Assembly: GCA_012295275.1 (NCBI GenBank)
Contig: CM022670.1
Span: 41,664,001 to 41,728,000, forward strand
Reading direction: 5' to 3'
DNA length: 64,000 nucleotides
Origin: Chrysomallon squamiferum
Lineage: Eukaryota > Animalia > Mollusca
Positions 28,748 through 40,590 of the stretch are shown piece after piece (the first letter of the stretch is position 1; every line of letters begins with the position of its first letter). A model generated the notes under the pieces. That model was not told the DNA's origin. It ran no database searches and saw nothing but the letters and a program-made list of their open reading frames with translations. Made by a program: the position numbers and the translations under genes.

Positions 28748-30654
28748 TCTGAAAAGGACAGAAAAGTTTTTATTATATATTTATAAACAAAAGGTCAAAT
28801 TCAAGATCAAAGTGAAAAGCAAAATGGCACCACTCTTCAAATCGTCACTGAGGACGCGTTGTGAAATTACCTTTCTAGAAATACTCATTTCAGCACGATC
28901 ATCTGTTATTTGTTTGCTGAGCTACGTTTGAATAGTGGCTGATTCATCCCCAATTACCCCTAACACCTGTTTTCAGTAGAACTGGATACAGCGAAATTTA
29001 ATTTTCTCATTATTTTGTGTGGTTTGACGTGAATGATCAAGACGTAGTGACAATATGTTCAATTTCCATTGCTTCGAAGGAACCTACAAATATTTATTTA
29101 TTTTGAGCTAGGTGATCGTCGTCTAACACCACTAAATTATATTTAAAACAGAACTTATATAATATAATGTATGTAAGTAAGTGTGCATGTATATGTTTTA
29201 GGAGAAAGAGTTGTTAAAAACCACCACCACTACACACGCACGCACGCACACACACACACACACCTACACAAAACAACCACAGCTATGCTATGAAAAAACG
29301 TACTATATCATTTTGTTCGTAATTGCATTACTTCGTTGACCCTCAAATGTACAAGTTATCAACTGAGGTACACTCTTGTTGAAGTTTTTAGGCGTCATGG
29401 AAAAGTGAAGACTATGTTCTTCTTGAAGCAAAAACTCACATTCGTAGCCGGGTACTAAACTTCGATGACTGAAATCTGGGAAGACAGCGCATAGTGACTT
29501 TTTATAGTCCCAAAACATCACAGGTACTTTTTGAATTTTGTGGTCAGGAAGTTTGCACACAAACAAAATCTCTTGGCCGTCTTTAAATACTGTCATTTCC
29601 AAATCGTCTGAAACAGTTTCTTTTTCTGTTATATACATATAAAATACACATATAAAAGAAAAGGTGTAATAAGTTATTTCACAAACAAAACAGAGATTTT
29701 TTTGAATAAATAATAATACTAATAATACTAATAGTAATAATAATAAGATTGATAATGAGAACGATAATGAGAATTATTGTTGTCGTTGATTGTGTTGTTG
29801 TTGTTGTTAAAGTTACTGGTTTTAAATGTTAAATAGAAAAATGATAATAAATACCAGTGAAGAATCGGTAGGGCCCTGAAAAACAATTGAAAAAAATAAA
29901 AAGTAAAAATAATAAAAATAATGGCTCGGTCATGTAGAAGTGTATACTTATATGTATGTATATGTATGTATATATGTATGTATGTCTGTAAGTACGTACG
30001 TAAGTATGTATGGGTAATTCCACGACTGAAGGCACATGAGGGAAACAAATTTCATTGTGTAAAGGGTCAACATTTATTCACAAATGTTCTAATTTATAGA
30101 AAAACTGTAAAATTTTGTTGACGCATAATTTGTTTTCTCATGTTTCTGACATGAACACGTGTCACACAATTTCAAGGGTACAAACTACATATAAATAGGA
30201 TTATTAAGCCTCTCAAATCATCCACACTTAAATTGGCTTTGACACTTCGTTTTATTCAATTTATAATATCAGTTTAAAGAAATTGGAAGCTCAAACTATT
30301 TTCTGAAAGTTAGTAGCCAAAAAACTGGATTTAAGGTAAAAAAGCTCAGACAAGGTAAGCCCGTCACAAAAAATTGCCACTGAGGATAGTTGCTACATCC
30401 CCTTCATTCGGACAAATGACGGGGTGGACATTTCTGAATAATTCATCTGCGTGGTGGTAAGAAGGAAGAAGAGCCAATCCAGTTAATGAGGGTTGCTTAA
30501 CACAGCCTGTGACAACGAATTACTCTTGGAGAGGTAAAGAATATTGATGATGGGAATTTGGACCCTCTAAATGTAACACTTGTTACCGTGGAAGTGCCTA
30601 TGTATGTATGTGTGTATGTGTATGTGTATGTGAGTGTGTATGTGAGTGTGTGTG

Positions 30655-30685
<31 letters not shown>

Positions 30686-30970
30686 GTTAGGAATTGATTA
30701 GACTCTGCAGATAAACAATATCGAGGAACGCACAGGAGGTTAAAGAACCTACGGCACCCATTCTCGCGCACACCGAAGTACAAATGTATATTAAATAATA
30801 AATATATCCATTGTCACACACTGTGTGTGTGTGTGTGTATGTATGTATAGATACATACATATACATACATACAGACATACATATACGTACACATAGACAC
30901 ACATATACACAGACACACACACACACACTTTATTAAGTTATATATGTGTTTGTGTATTTGTGTATGGAAC

Positions 30971-31064
<94 letters not shown>

Positions 31065-31516
31065 TAACTATATACTATCTAGAAAAATAACTAAAGCCAG
31101 TCTTCCAATAATTGTTAAGAAAAACTTACCGTAAACAACGAGCGTAATTGTGTTGCTTTCTTTATTTTGATATGAACAAAATATGCGTAAGTTATACGTC
31201 TTTTGGGCTTTGACGATCGTCAGAACGTAGACAGAAGCATCCTCTGTGACGGTTCCACATTTACACTGATATTCCCTGGACACAGCATGAGCTGAGCAGC
31301 CGGGTTTGATCACACAAACTAACCGTCCGAGCGCGGAGAACACAACGGGACCATCTTGTATTTGTTGCATGGGAACTTTGCACTGGTATTCGACTCGTTC
31401 AAAAATTCGGATTTTTGTTTTCCCCGACAACACTAGGTTACCTAAAACAGTGTGTTGGGAAATGCATTAACAGATGCGTGGACAATAAGCCGAATATAAT
31501 GATGACAGAGATTTTG

Positions 31517-31548
<32 letters not shown>

Positions 31549-31589
31549 AAATTTAATACTGCACAAATAGTTCAAATCTCTTTCAGAAA

Positions 31590-31644
<55 letters not shown>

Positions 31645-31710
31645 AATAATCTGTAAAATAAATATGTAATAAACTCAAATCGCACAAAAATTATTTCGAA
31701 TAAATAAATA

Positions 31711-31748
<38 letters not shown>

Positions 31749-34047
31749 TGATGGTAACAACAATAAAATTAATAATAATAATAAAGACGTCGACGACAGT
31801 AACAACCACAATAATAGCAATAACAATAATAACAATAACAATAATAATAACAATAACAAAAACAACAGCAACAATAATAATAATAACAACAACAACAACA
31901 ACAATAATAATAATAAAAAAGAAGAAACAGTGAGTAACAAGCGAACGTTGTTGCTGTATAAAATGTGGAAGAGAACGTTTGATGTGTTGACTACCTGATA
32001 GTGTAGAATTTATCAAATATCAGATCATCTGACAATCCTTTTTATTTCTTTACTTCTACAATTCATAATCCTTATTGTGATTACTATTGTTTCTTCTTCT
32101 TCTTCTTAAAACGCTGTGTTAATCGAATGTCTATTAAAAATAATGTAAAATAACACCCCTAAAGACCACCCCAATTTTTTGTAATGTGTTTTTTCAATAA
32201 GAAAAATGTATGTATAAATGACAAATGTTGTATAAAAACAAATAAAAGGGAATGTAAAGAAATAAGTTGGTTTTGTGAAGTGTACATGGTTAGGGTTTCT
32301 CCATCTTTTCATGGACAGATGTCCTCCGCTTAGAAATTATTTTAACGCCTTTGGCTGGAGTTCTAGCCTTTATTGACTCCTGTTTCAGTATGGTACATAT
32401 CGTAAAAGTACTACGCTCATACTGCCTAGCCATGTTGACTACACCATCACGTCGCTCATGTTTTTCTATGATTTCCTGCTTTAATTAAATGGACATCAAC
32501 CGCTTCTTCTTCTCAGCACTGTCCTTTGCACGCACTTTCTTAGGATCAATGGAAATTTGGCAAAATACTGCACAAAACACGAGCACAACACAACAGAGAT
32601 GCTTTTACGGCAAGGTAATCACGTGAAGTAAACGAGTATGATGCGGGATGCTGGGCAGATGCTGTGTTGTTCGCTGCACCAATAGTGGCGGCGTCTCTGA
32701 AGCTCGCTCGTAACTCAGATTTTGGCTCGCAACTCAAAGCAAGAACCGATTGTGCATATCGACCGCTTTGTGACGTCATCGGTGTCGCACATGGTGACCA
32801 GTTTACGTATACCAGTAATGTGGGTGAAAGTGAAAATGGAAGGGGAAAACACCGCCGATAACAAACAAAAAAGAAGTAAATCCACTAAACAGTTAATGAT
32901 GTCACAAAATGATCTCTTTGGACATTAGTGTATGCTTCAGCAGTATTTTATTTATTATTATTTTTTAAAATTAGTTAACAAACAAAAATCGTGACTCAGA
33001 GAACTAAGTGAAACAGAAGTACTATGAACATATTTTAAAATAGTTTTGACATAATGTAGATTTACAGATATATATTTGATAACGCTGAACATATCTGATA
33101 GTTTTACTCAGTTTAATGGATGCTACAATATGCCATGTTAAATGAAACTGTTAATCAAAAGCATTGTCCCAGTGTTTGATAAAAACAATCAAGATCTATT
33201 CTATTCTTCTGAAACCTTTAACGGTGTCAGTGTAGAGACAGAAAGTTTCGGAACATCACTCACCTACAAAAATCTGGCAGCCACAGTATAAAACACAGAC
33301 TGATCAAAGGCGACTGTTTCGTGGAATGAGCACTGAACTCAGTGTGTTCACTGAGGTATACAACAAAAGATCTCAACAATTCATGTTTGCCTCATGCAAT
33401 CTTAATTATCTTTGTTTATTATTTATGTAAAAAATGCAGAGGACAGCTAATGCAAGCCTAAATCATTAGACAGCTTCAAAATTTCAGATAAAATAAACTG
33501 TATTGCATTAAGTGTCAGCCTGTAACAATCTCATGCTATAGAGGAATGTTGTTTCCAAAACGTAGGAAAGCTCATGATACAGTTTATACATTCTTATGAT
33601 CTAATAAATCCTTTAAATCCTCTAAAAATGTGATCTAATACTTTAAATCCTCTAAAAATGTGATCTAATACTTTAAATTCCCTAAAAATATGATCTAATA
33701 CTTAGTTTGTGGATGATACACAATTTGAAGTATATTTGTTTTTTTATGACAAAACTTAGTTGTAGCAGTTGTGGTGATGGTGGTGGAAGGAATAATAGAC
33801 GTATATCGTTAATCCTATAATAATTACTTTCTAGAGGTTATAAAAAGTTCCAGAAATTGTTTTTCAAACACATATAATTTAAATAAACACATTTGCATGA
33901 TAAAGAGAAACAGAATTGCTGAAAATAAAACAATGTCTACTTTGACAGAAAATAAACAGATCTATATTCAATAGATATGAACATGTAAATACCTGAAATG
34001 TGCAGACTTATAGACAATAAAACAAATACTACAGGTAAAAATGACAT
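28748..34047 (-). CDS. Cluster gene C: secreted 2-domain Cys-rich Ig-like protein (~230 aa); first micro-exon not found
   Basis: Signal exon 34047-33993 (MSFLPVVFVLLSISLHIS); domain 31441-31130; micro 29875-29855 (GPYRFFT); domain 29607-29304; stop formed as TA|A across the last intron (acceptor before 28748). Confidence 0.75.
30012..30599. mobile_element. Putative DNA transposon fragment inserted in a (TATG)n tract of gene C intron
   Basis: Imperfect terminal inverted repeats GGGTAATTCCACG / CGTGGAAGTGCCT (10/13) with TATGTA repeats on both flanks. Confidence 0.4.
32130..32820 (-). mobile_element. Internally deleted Tigger/pogo-family transposon
   Basis: Minus-strand 32550-32290 translates IDPKKVRAKDSAEKKKRLMSI*LKQEIIEKHERRDGVVNMARQYERSTFTICTILKQESIKARTPAKGVKIISKRRTSVHEKMEKP, resembling the CENP-B-type HTH N-terminus of Tigger transposases. 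Element ends are approximate. Confidence 0.8.
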
Positions 34048-34682
34048 CTCTGAGTTTGGATCTTTACAGTTATCAATGAATATATTTAGATAGCGTGTGT
34101 ACGTACAGCAGATGTTATTACAGCACATGACAGATATCTAACATAAACTGTCTGTGGCAACATGTATGTCGCATTAATTTTAATGAATGGGGTTTGATTT
34201 AACACGGCATATTGTAGCATCCATTAACTGAGTAAACTATCAGACATGTTCAGAGTTACTAAATATATATCTTTAAATTCACATTACGTAAAAAATATTT
34301 TACAATCTGTTCGTAGTCATAATTAATTTTATAAACAAATATTACATAACTCATAAATATGTTCACATAAATATTTGCAACTAAACATAAACTACTACTA
34401 CTACTGCTGCTACTACTACTACTACTACTACTACTACTAGTACAACTACTACCACTACTACTATTACTGCTACTAATCATAAACAGCAACATAAAACAAA
34501 TAAAATCATTATTGATTTTGTTCTTCTTTCATTAGTCATTCGTTCTTTTTATCATCGTTATCTGAATCTTTGTGCTCTTTATGTTTATCACATAAATATT
34601 TTACTGCTGTCTGCATCCTCTATCTTTGTATTCAGCTTATGTCAAAACAACAGCTAACAAATATCATAACAAATTGTTTCAG

Positions 34683-34988
34683 ACGATTTGATTCTAACGG
34701 GAAGTGAATTCGTCCAAAAGGGTCAAACTTCCTGTGTGTAAACTTCCTGTGAAAAAAAAAAAAAAGTACCCGTGGCGTTTGTCGTAGATGGATGGTCGGT
34801 GTGTGCTGTCTACCCAGACTGCAGTCGTCGTGGTGTTGTGGGAGGATATCAATGTAAATGTCTGAGCTCCACGGACGAAGCTTCTCACTACGTAATGACG
34901 ATTAGATATCCCGAAAAGAAAAATGGGTTTATTGTAGGTTGCATATTTCTAGGTGAAAAAAGTAACAGAATTAGGGTAGTGGTACGCA
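34683..34988 (+). pseudogene. Orphan frameshifted Ig-like domain exon, near-identical inverted copy of gene D domain 1
   Basis: AG|ACGATTTGATTCTAACGGGAAG..GTACGCA|GTAAGT; stop after ..KGQTSCV; no signal exon or micro-exon found on + upstream. Confidence 0.85.
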
Positions 34989-35958
34989 GTAAGTTTCTAA
35001 TTTTGTAACTGCTTTTACTTACATTTCTAAATAGTTCTCTCTCTTGTTTTTTAATTTATTTATTTATTTATATTATTTTTTATACAGGATAAGAAACATA
35101 CATTAAATAACAAATATGTTCACATAAGGATTTACAGATATACATTAAAAAACGCAATATGTTCATGCCTAAAGTGTTTAACTGATTAAAGTTAATAATA
35201 ATTCCTGCACAGCGATTTCATGAAAAATATGAAATCTAGAACTTAAATAATATACATGTGTACTAGAGAAAAACATTTCATTATTATTATCCATTTTATA
35301 ATTTTGGGGCCATGATCCAGACGCCATCCTTACGTACAACCATCTCGTTATTGGTCTGGCTTAACAAAGCGTGGTTTGCACATAAAAAGTATATGCTGAC
35401 GTGTCCTGGCCCATCTGCTTGCGTTTGTCAACCAAGCTTCTTGAGACGTGACTAATACGTAATAAAGTTTGATCTTATACATGATGCAGTAAGCTGTGTA
35501 AATAAAAAACTAGAATATTTAATGAAAGTTAACATGTATTTTAACTTTGTTATATTGTATATTCAGCAAGTGAGCTGTTTGAGTACAGCATACTTAAAAA
35601 GGTCATGAATATTTATCTTGTCAGAATATGATTAGTATTATAATAACAACGCTTAGAAAAGGCTTTTTAAAATTTGTTGTTGAGTTAGTGAAGCACATGC
35701 AGTAAAACAGCGTAATAGCATAAAGTTTAGAGCACGTTTTCTTTAATAAAGTACAAAATACACATAACGAACATCGCGTGGGTAGTGATTCTCTTTATCA
35801 CGACAAACTTCAAACGACATCGTTTCTACAAGTGAACGACACGTTTGGCTAACTGTCGTTAACTCAGTCGTTGCGTTGTCGTTAGCGCCCTTCTACAACG
35901 TCGTTATCATATAAGGACTGACATCTTCTGGAACTGGCAATGCTAACAACATATCTTA

Positions 35959-36025
<67 letters not shown>

Positions 36026-36200
36026 TAAAACCATAGAAATTATAATGCTCCGATTTTATTTGATGCTCTCTGTAAATGGAGGAATTTGTTGTTAAAATAG
36101 GAGAAAACAAAAAGTTATAGGTTTGTAACAAAATTGTGCACAGAAAGAAACAATAAAATAAACATAAACAAAATGGTAATTTAATGTTATTTGTTAATAA

Positions 36201-36260
<60 letters not shown>

Positions 36261-36352
36261 GTGAAGAAAAGGAACTAGCGGTGTCAAAAACAAACAAATA
36301 ACAACAAAAAAAAAGAAGAAAAAAGAAAATTGTAAACAAACTTGACATACAT

Positions 36353-36515
36353 ATGGCGGCGTCAGCAGACGTCACGCCAAAAGACGAAATGCGGAAAGAT
36401 GGTGTGGGGGTTTTGTGTTAAGCAGTGAACATCCTAACTGTGTACTTCTCGGAGTTAGAAAAGGTGCAGCTGGAGCTGGAAAATACGCTTTCCCAGGCTG
36501 CCATCTTAACTTAGG
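36353..36515 (+). pseudogene. NUDT15-like exon 1 copy (frameshifted; PGGHLESG changed to PGCHLNLG); exons 2-3 not found
   Basis: Near-identical inverted copy of 9584-9720, including the GG|GTAAGT donor; 1-nt loss in the GGGGGTTTT run. Confidence 0.85.
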
Positions 36516-36793
36516 GTAAGTTTGTTTAATAACAGATACAGTAGAGCAGTTATTTCTCTTAGGTTTCAAGTAATATATAAACAGAAAGAAGTTAACTGTT
36601 TTAAATCGTAAATTACAAGTAATTTATGGAAGAAAAAAGTTCAGTACTGCATAAATGTATATTATCGTCATGGTATCTTTTAACGAAAAGTATTATTATT
36701 ATTACATTTTTTAAAATAGTTTTGAGCATTCATTTGATTAACAAAAATAAAAAAAAAATAATTAAAATTTGATGAGCAAAAAAAAAAAAAAAA

Positions 36794-36826
<33 letters not shown>

Positions 36827-37349
36827 AATAATAATATTAAAAACTTTAATTTATTTGTATTCTTAGTAAGTGAATTTCAAGCCATGCTAGATAAACAAAA
36901 TTATCAGTTCCTATACCGTATTAACTTGAAGATCGTGTTGATGATAACCGACTGGTGTATTTAATGTATATTTTAAATTTTTATTCCGTGATCTCTAGTA
37001 TTCTTGTTTATGACCAGTGTTATTTCAGTAACAATGCTGTATCACAATCAAATTGCAATATTCACTAACAAAATGGTAATCTGTAGACATTGATGTAATG
37101 TAACCAGTGTGTATAACAAATAAATACGTGTGCTGTCAGTTGTGCTCATAATAAGTTCTGTGTTTACTCACCTCTGTGATGTCCAGTGAGTGTTCAGTCT
37201 GCACAATCATAAAACAGCAATTCACCTACAGTTAACATCCACCGACTTAACATTCCATGTATTGGAGGTTTTGCTTTCAAGTTGATGTTTTGTAAACAAA
37301 ATAAAGAATTTTTCAAGTTTGCCAGTTCCGGCATCATTTAATACGTAGA

Positions 37350-37500
37350 CTGATTACAACTGACAATAACTGTATTTGTTATACAAACTAATTACAACTG
37401 ACAACACGTGTTTTTGTTATACTCTGATTACAACTGGCAACATGTGTAATTGTTATACTGATTACAACTGACAACACGTGTATTTTTTATACACACTGGC
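37350..37500 (-). repeat. Short inverted homologue of the 38-bp minisatellite at 48645
   Basis: About 4 copies of CTGATTACAACTGACAACACGTG..TTGTTATA. Confidence 0.8.
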
Positions 37501-38349
37501 TACATAACATCAAAATTAATATATTAATATTATAAACTCTCAATATTTAGGGAAATGTTACCTGTAATAGAGAAATATGGTCACTGAATCATGTTATCAG
37601 TGTGTGAAAGAAACCTGGTTTAATTTTCTAAAGTTTGTTGAACAGATGGACCAGTTGGTCATCCAAATCATCAAAGTAGTTTGATATTTTTTCCGCAGGT
37701 GTTAGTAATTACTGGATTGTTTGTCTCAGATATGAAAAATTGGTTACAAAGATAAAACATTTACCTTTTTTATAGTATATAAAATCTGATTATAAACCTG
37801 CAGCAACACATCGAACCACACACACACATTCAAATACTTATAGAGAATTACAGTCGCACAAGAAACAAATCCCAAAACACACACACACACACACATGCCA
37901 GAACTGTAAGAATCATCTGTACAGTTACAGTTAATTTATTTGTATGTTTCAAGTAGTTTTTTTGCTCGTGTCACAGTCATGTTTGATTTACGTTTTTGTG
38001 AGACAGATGTTATGAAAATTACTGTTACTGAGAGATGAAAATATCCGTTATCGTTTTCAAATCCCTTGACAGACAGACTGACTGCCGTTCTTGGTGCTTT
38101 GATCTAACTGATGAAAACAATATCGATTATTTCTTTTTTAGTTTCATGAAACAATTCTACAGTTAAACATAATAATAATAATAATAATAATGACGATGAT
38201 GATGATGATGAAAGCAATAGTAATAGTACTAGTAGTAGCAGCAGCAGTACATAAACAGCAGCATATAAAACCATGCAAATTTTAATTCGTTATCTGTAGC
38301 ACATCATTTCTTTAAATGGAAGAATTTTCTAGATAATATGGTGGATAAT

Positions 38350-38470
38350 TCGAATCAAGAAGACAGAAAGGTTGTGTGAGTGTTTTTGTGTAAACATTGA
38401 ACATCCTGTTTGTGGACTTGGAAAAATTTCATTTAGAGCATGAAACTATTCTTGCACCTGAGAATTAATG
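38350..38470 (+). pseudogene. Highly decayed NUDT15 exon-1 relic
   Basis: GTGTGAGTGTTTTTGTG..TGAACATCCTG.. resembles the GVGVFV..EHP coding sequence; upstream flank is homologous to the NUDT15 upstream region. Confidence 0.5.
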
Positions 38471-39107
38471 TAGCTTTTTAGAAACATTTTCTCAGGTGAT
38501 AAGAACTATTACTCAAGAAGTTACTGATGAACAATTTTCGAATACTTTCGACATTGTTGTTGTTGTTGTTGTTATCGATGTTGTATTATTGTTGTTATTA
38601 TTAGTAGCTGTATTGTTGTTATAGTTATCCATCTCATGTTTTGGGGATTAATTTCACAGCAGTAAACATTTAGGATTCGAGAACTGTAAATTTGAAAATC
38701 TACTCACACCATGAAATAATTTCTGAACTCTGGCTTTTGATAAACGAACTTAGAATTTCCTCAGTGGACTGAACATTTCTCAGATTTAACTTTCATGTGA
38801 CACATTCTTTTGTTTTCGACATATGAATGAATTCCTTTTAAATACTTAGGGAATTGAACCGTAAGTTCATACCCGGTTAACAATGTTTGAAATCCCAACT
38901 GTTTATTACCGATATCAAACAAATGCCGGTATGGACATCGCTGTTACATACAGCTTGTATACAGCTTGTTAGATGTAAACACCATTAAGAATACGGATTA
39001 TCATTCAATAGTTATTTATTAATTTATTATTATTATTATTATTATTTATTATTATTATTATTATTAAAAAATAACTATTTCAAAGACGTCTTCTGTTTCC
39101 TTGGGAA

Positions 39108-39832
39108 CTATAGATTTTTCGCTCTGAAAGGAATAGAAATGATTTATTATAATTTTTTATCTGTGTTAAGTTTTTTTTTTTATTCTTTTTCATTACCATA
39201 ATTATTATTTATTTAACTTTCATGCTTCTTCTTTTTCAAAACTAGGCGGTAAACATAGCTTGATTGCATTTTTCAGTTAAGTGGACATTTGAAACAAAAC
39301 ACGTCTATATAACGTTTGTAAATAAGTGTGTGTAGATGTCCCAGCAGAATGTCCTATTAAAAACACCACAGAGATAACAAATTAATAATAACAGTAACAG
39401 TAAACAACTTACTTACATCGTTTTCCTAATTCGATTGCTTCGTTGACCCTGAAATGTGCATATTATCGAGGGAACAAGTTCTGTTTTATGATTTTCAATC
39501 GTCAAGACAAAATATGAAGCATCTTCTGAGGAACGCAAATGTTTACACTCAAAGCCATCCACCCAATCACGAACGCTGTAGTCTGGCATGACGGCACAAA
39601 CTAAACGTTTATGGTCCCAAAACACCAGAGGAACGTTTTCAATTTGTTTCTCAGGAACTCTGCACTGATACTGAACATGTTTGCCGTCTTCGATGGTTTT
39701 AGGCCCCGTCAGTACCAAATCATCTAAAACAATTTGTTTTGTTTTTTTACTGCAGAAAAAATATCTTGTTTCATATTCTGGAAATGTTATCTATCTTTCG
39801 ACATAAGCTGAATATAAAGATAAGTTGGGAAT

Positions 39833-39865
<33 letters not shown>

Positions 39866-39906
39866 AATTAATTATAGACACAAAGAGTCCAACGATTCTT
39901 TCGAAA

Positions 39907-39950
<44 letters not shown>

Positions 39951-40202
39951 AACGACAAGAAGAAGAATAAGAATAAATACAACACTAAAGGAATCAGATG
40001 AATAAGTAACGAGAACTATAGAATCATAATATTTACTGTTGTTTGTTGTTATTGCTATTGCACTTTTTGCAGTTAATGTTGTTTTTATTAAAGCTATTAT
40101 TTTTAAATGCTAAATAGAAAGATATAAGTAGATACCAGTGAAGAACCGGTAAGGCTCTGAAAAAAATAAAAAATAATAATAATAATAAAAAAATAATAAT
40201 AA

Positions 40203-40239
<37 letters not shown>

Positions 40240-40539
40240 ATTTTTTTTTAAAGTTAAAAAGAAAAGAACATCTGACAAGAATAGTTTAGACATTAATTGC
40301 TGATTTCAGTAAATTATTTTATCGTGTCTAAATAAACAACTAATATATATATATATATTATTCAAATATATATATATATATATGTTATATAAATTTTCGA
40401 TCTAATATTTCTGATGGTTATCCTTTTTTCTATTCATAAGTATGAAAGCGCAGCGTTATTGTGATTTGTGTCCGTGGAAATGTCATAGAGATTACAGATT
40501 ATTTGCTTTTACTATCCCACTTAATTTAATCATTAATGT

Positions 40540-40590
<51 letters not shown>

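Noticed and set aside
29855-29875. RF-containing micro-exon peptides as RFamide neuropeptides
   Set aside because: No Gly amide donor or dibasic cleavage sites in the spliced product
31995-32028. Candidate replacement micro-exon for gene C (AG..GT, minus strand)
   Set aside because: 34 nt breaks the frame, there is no polypyrimidine tract, and it does not resemble the micro-exon consensus
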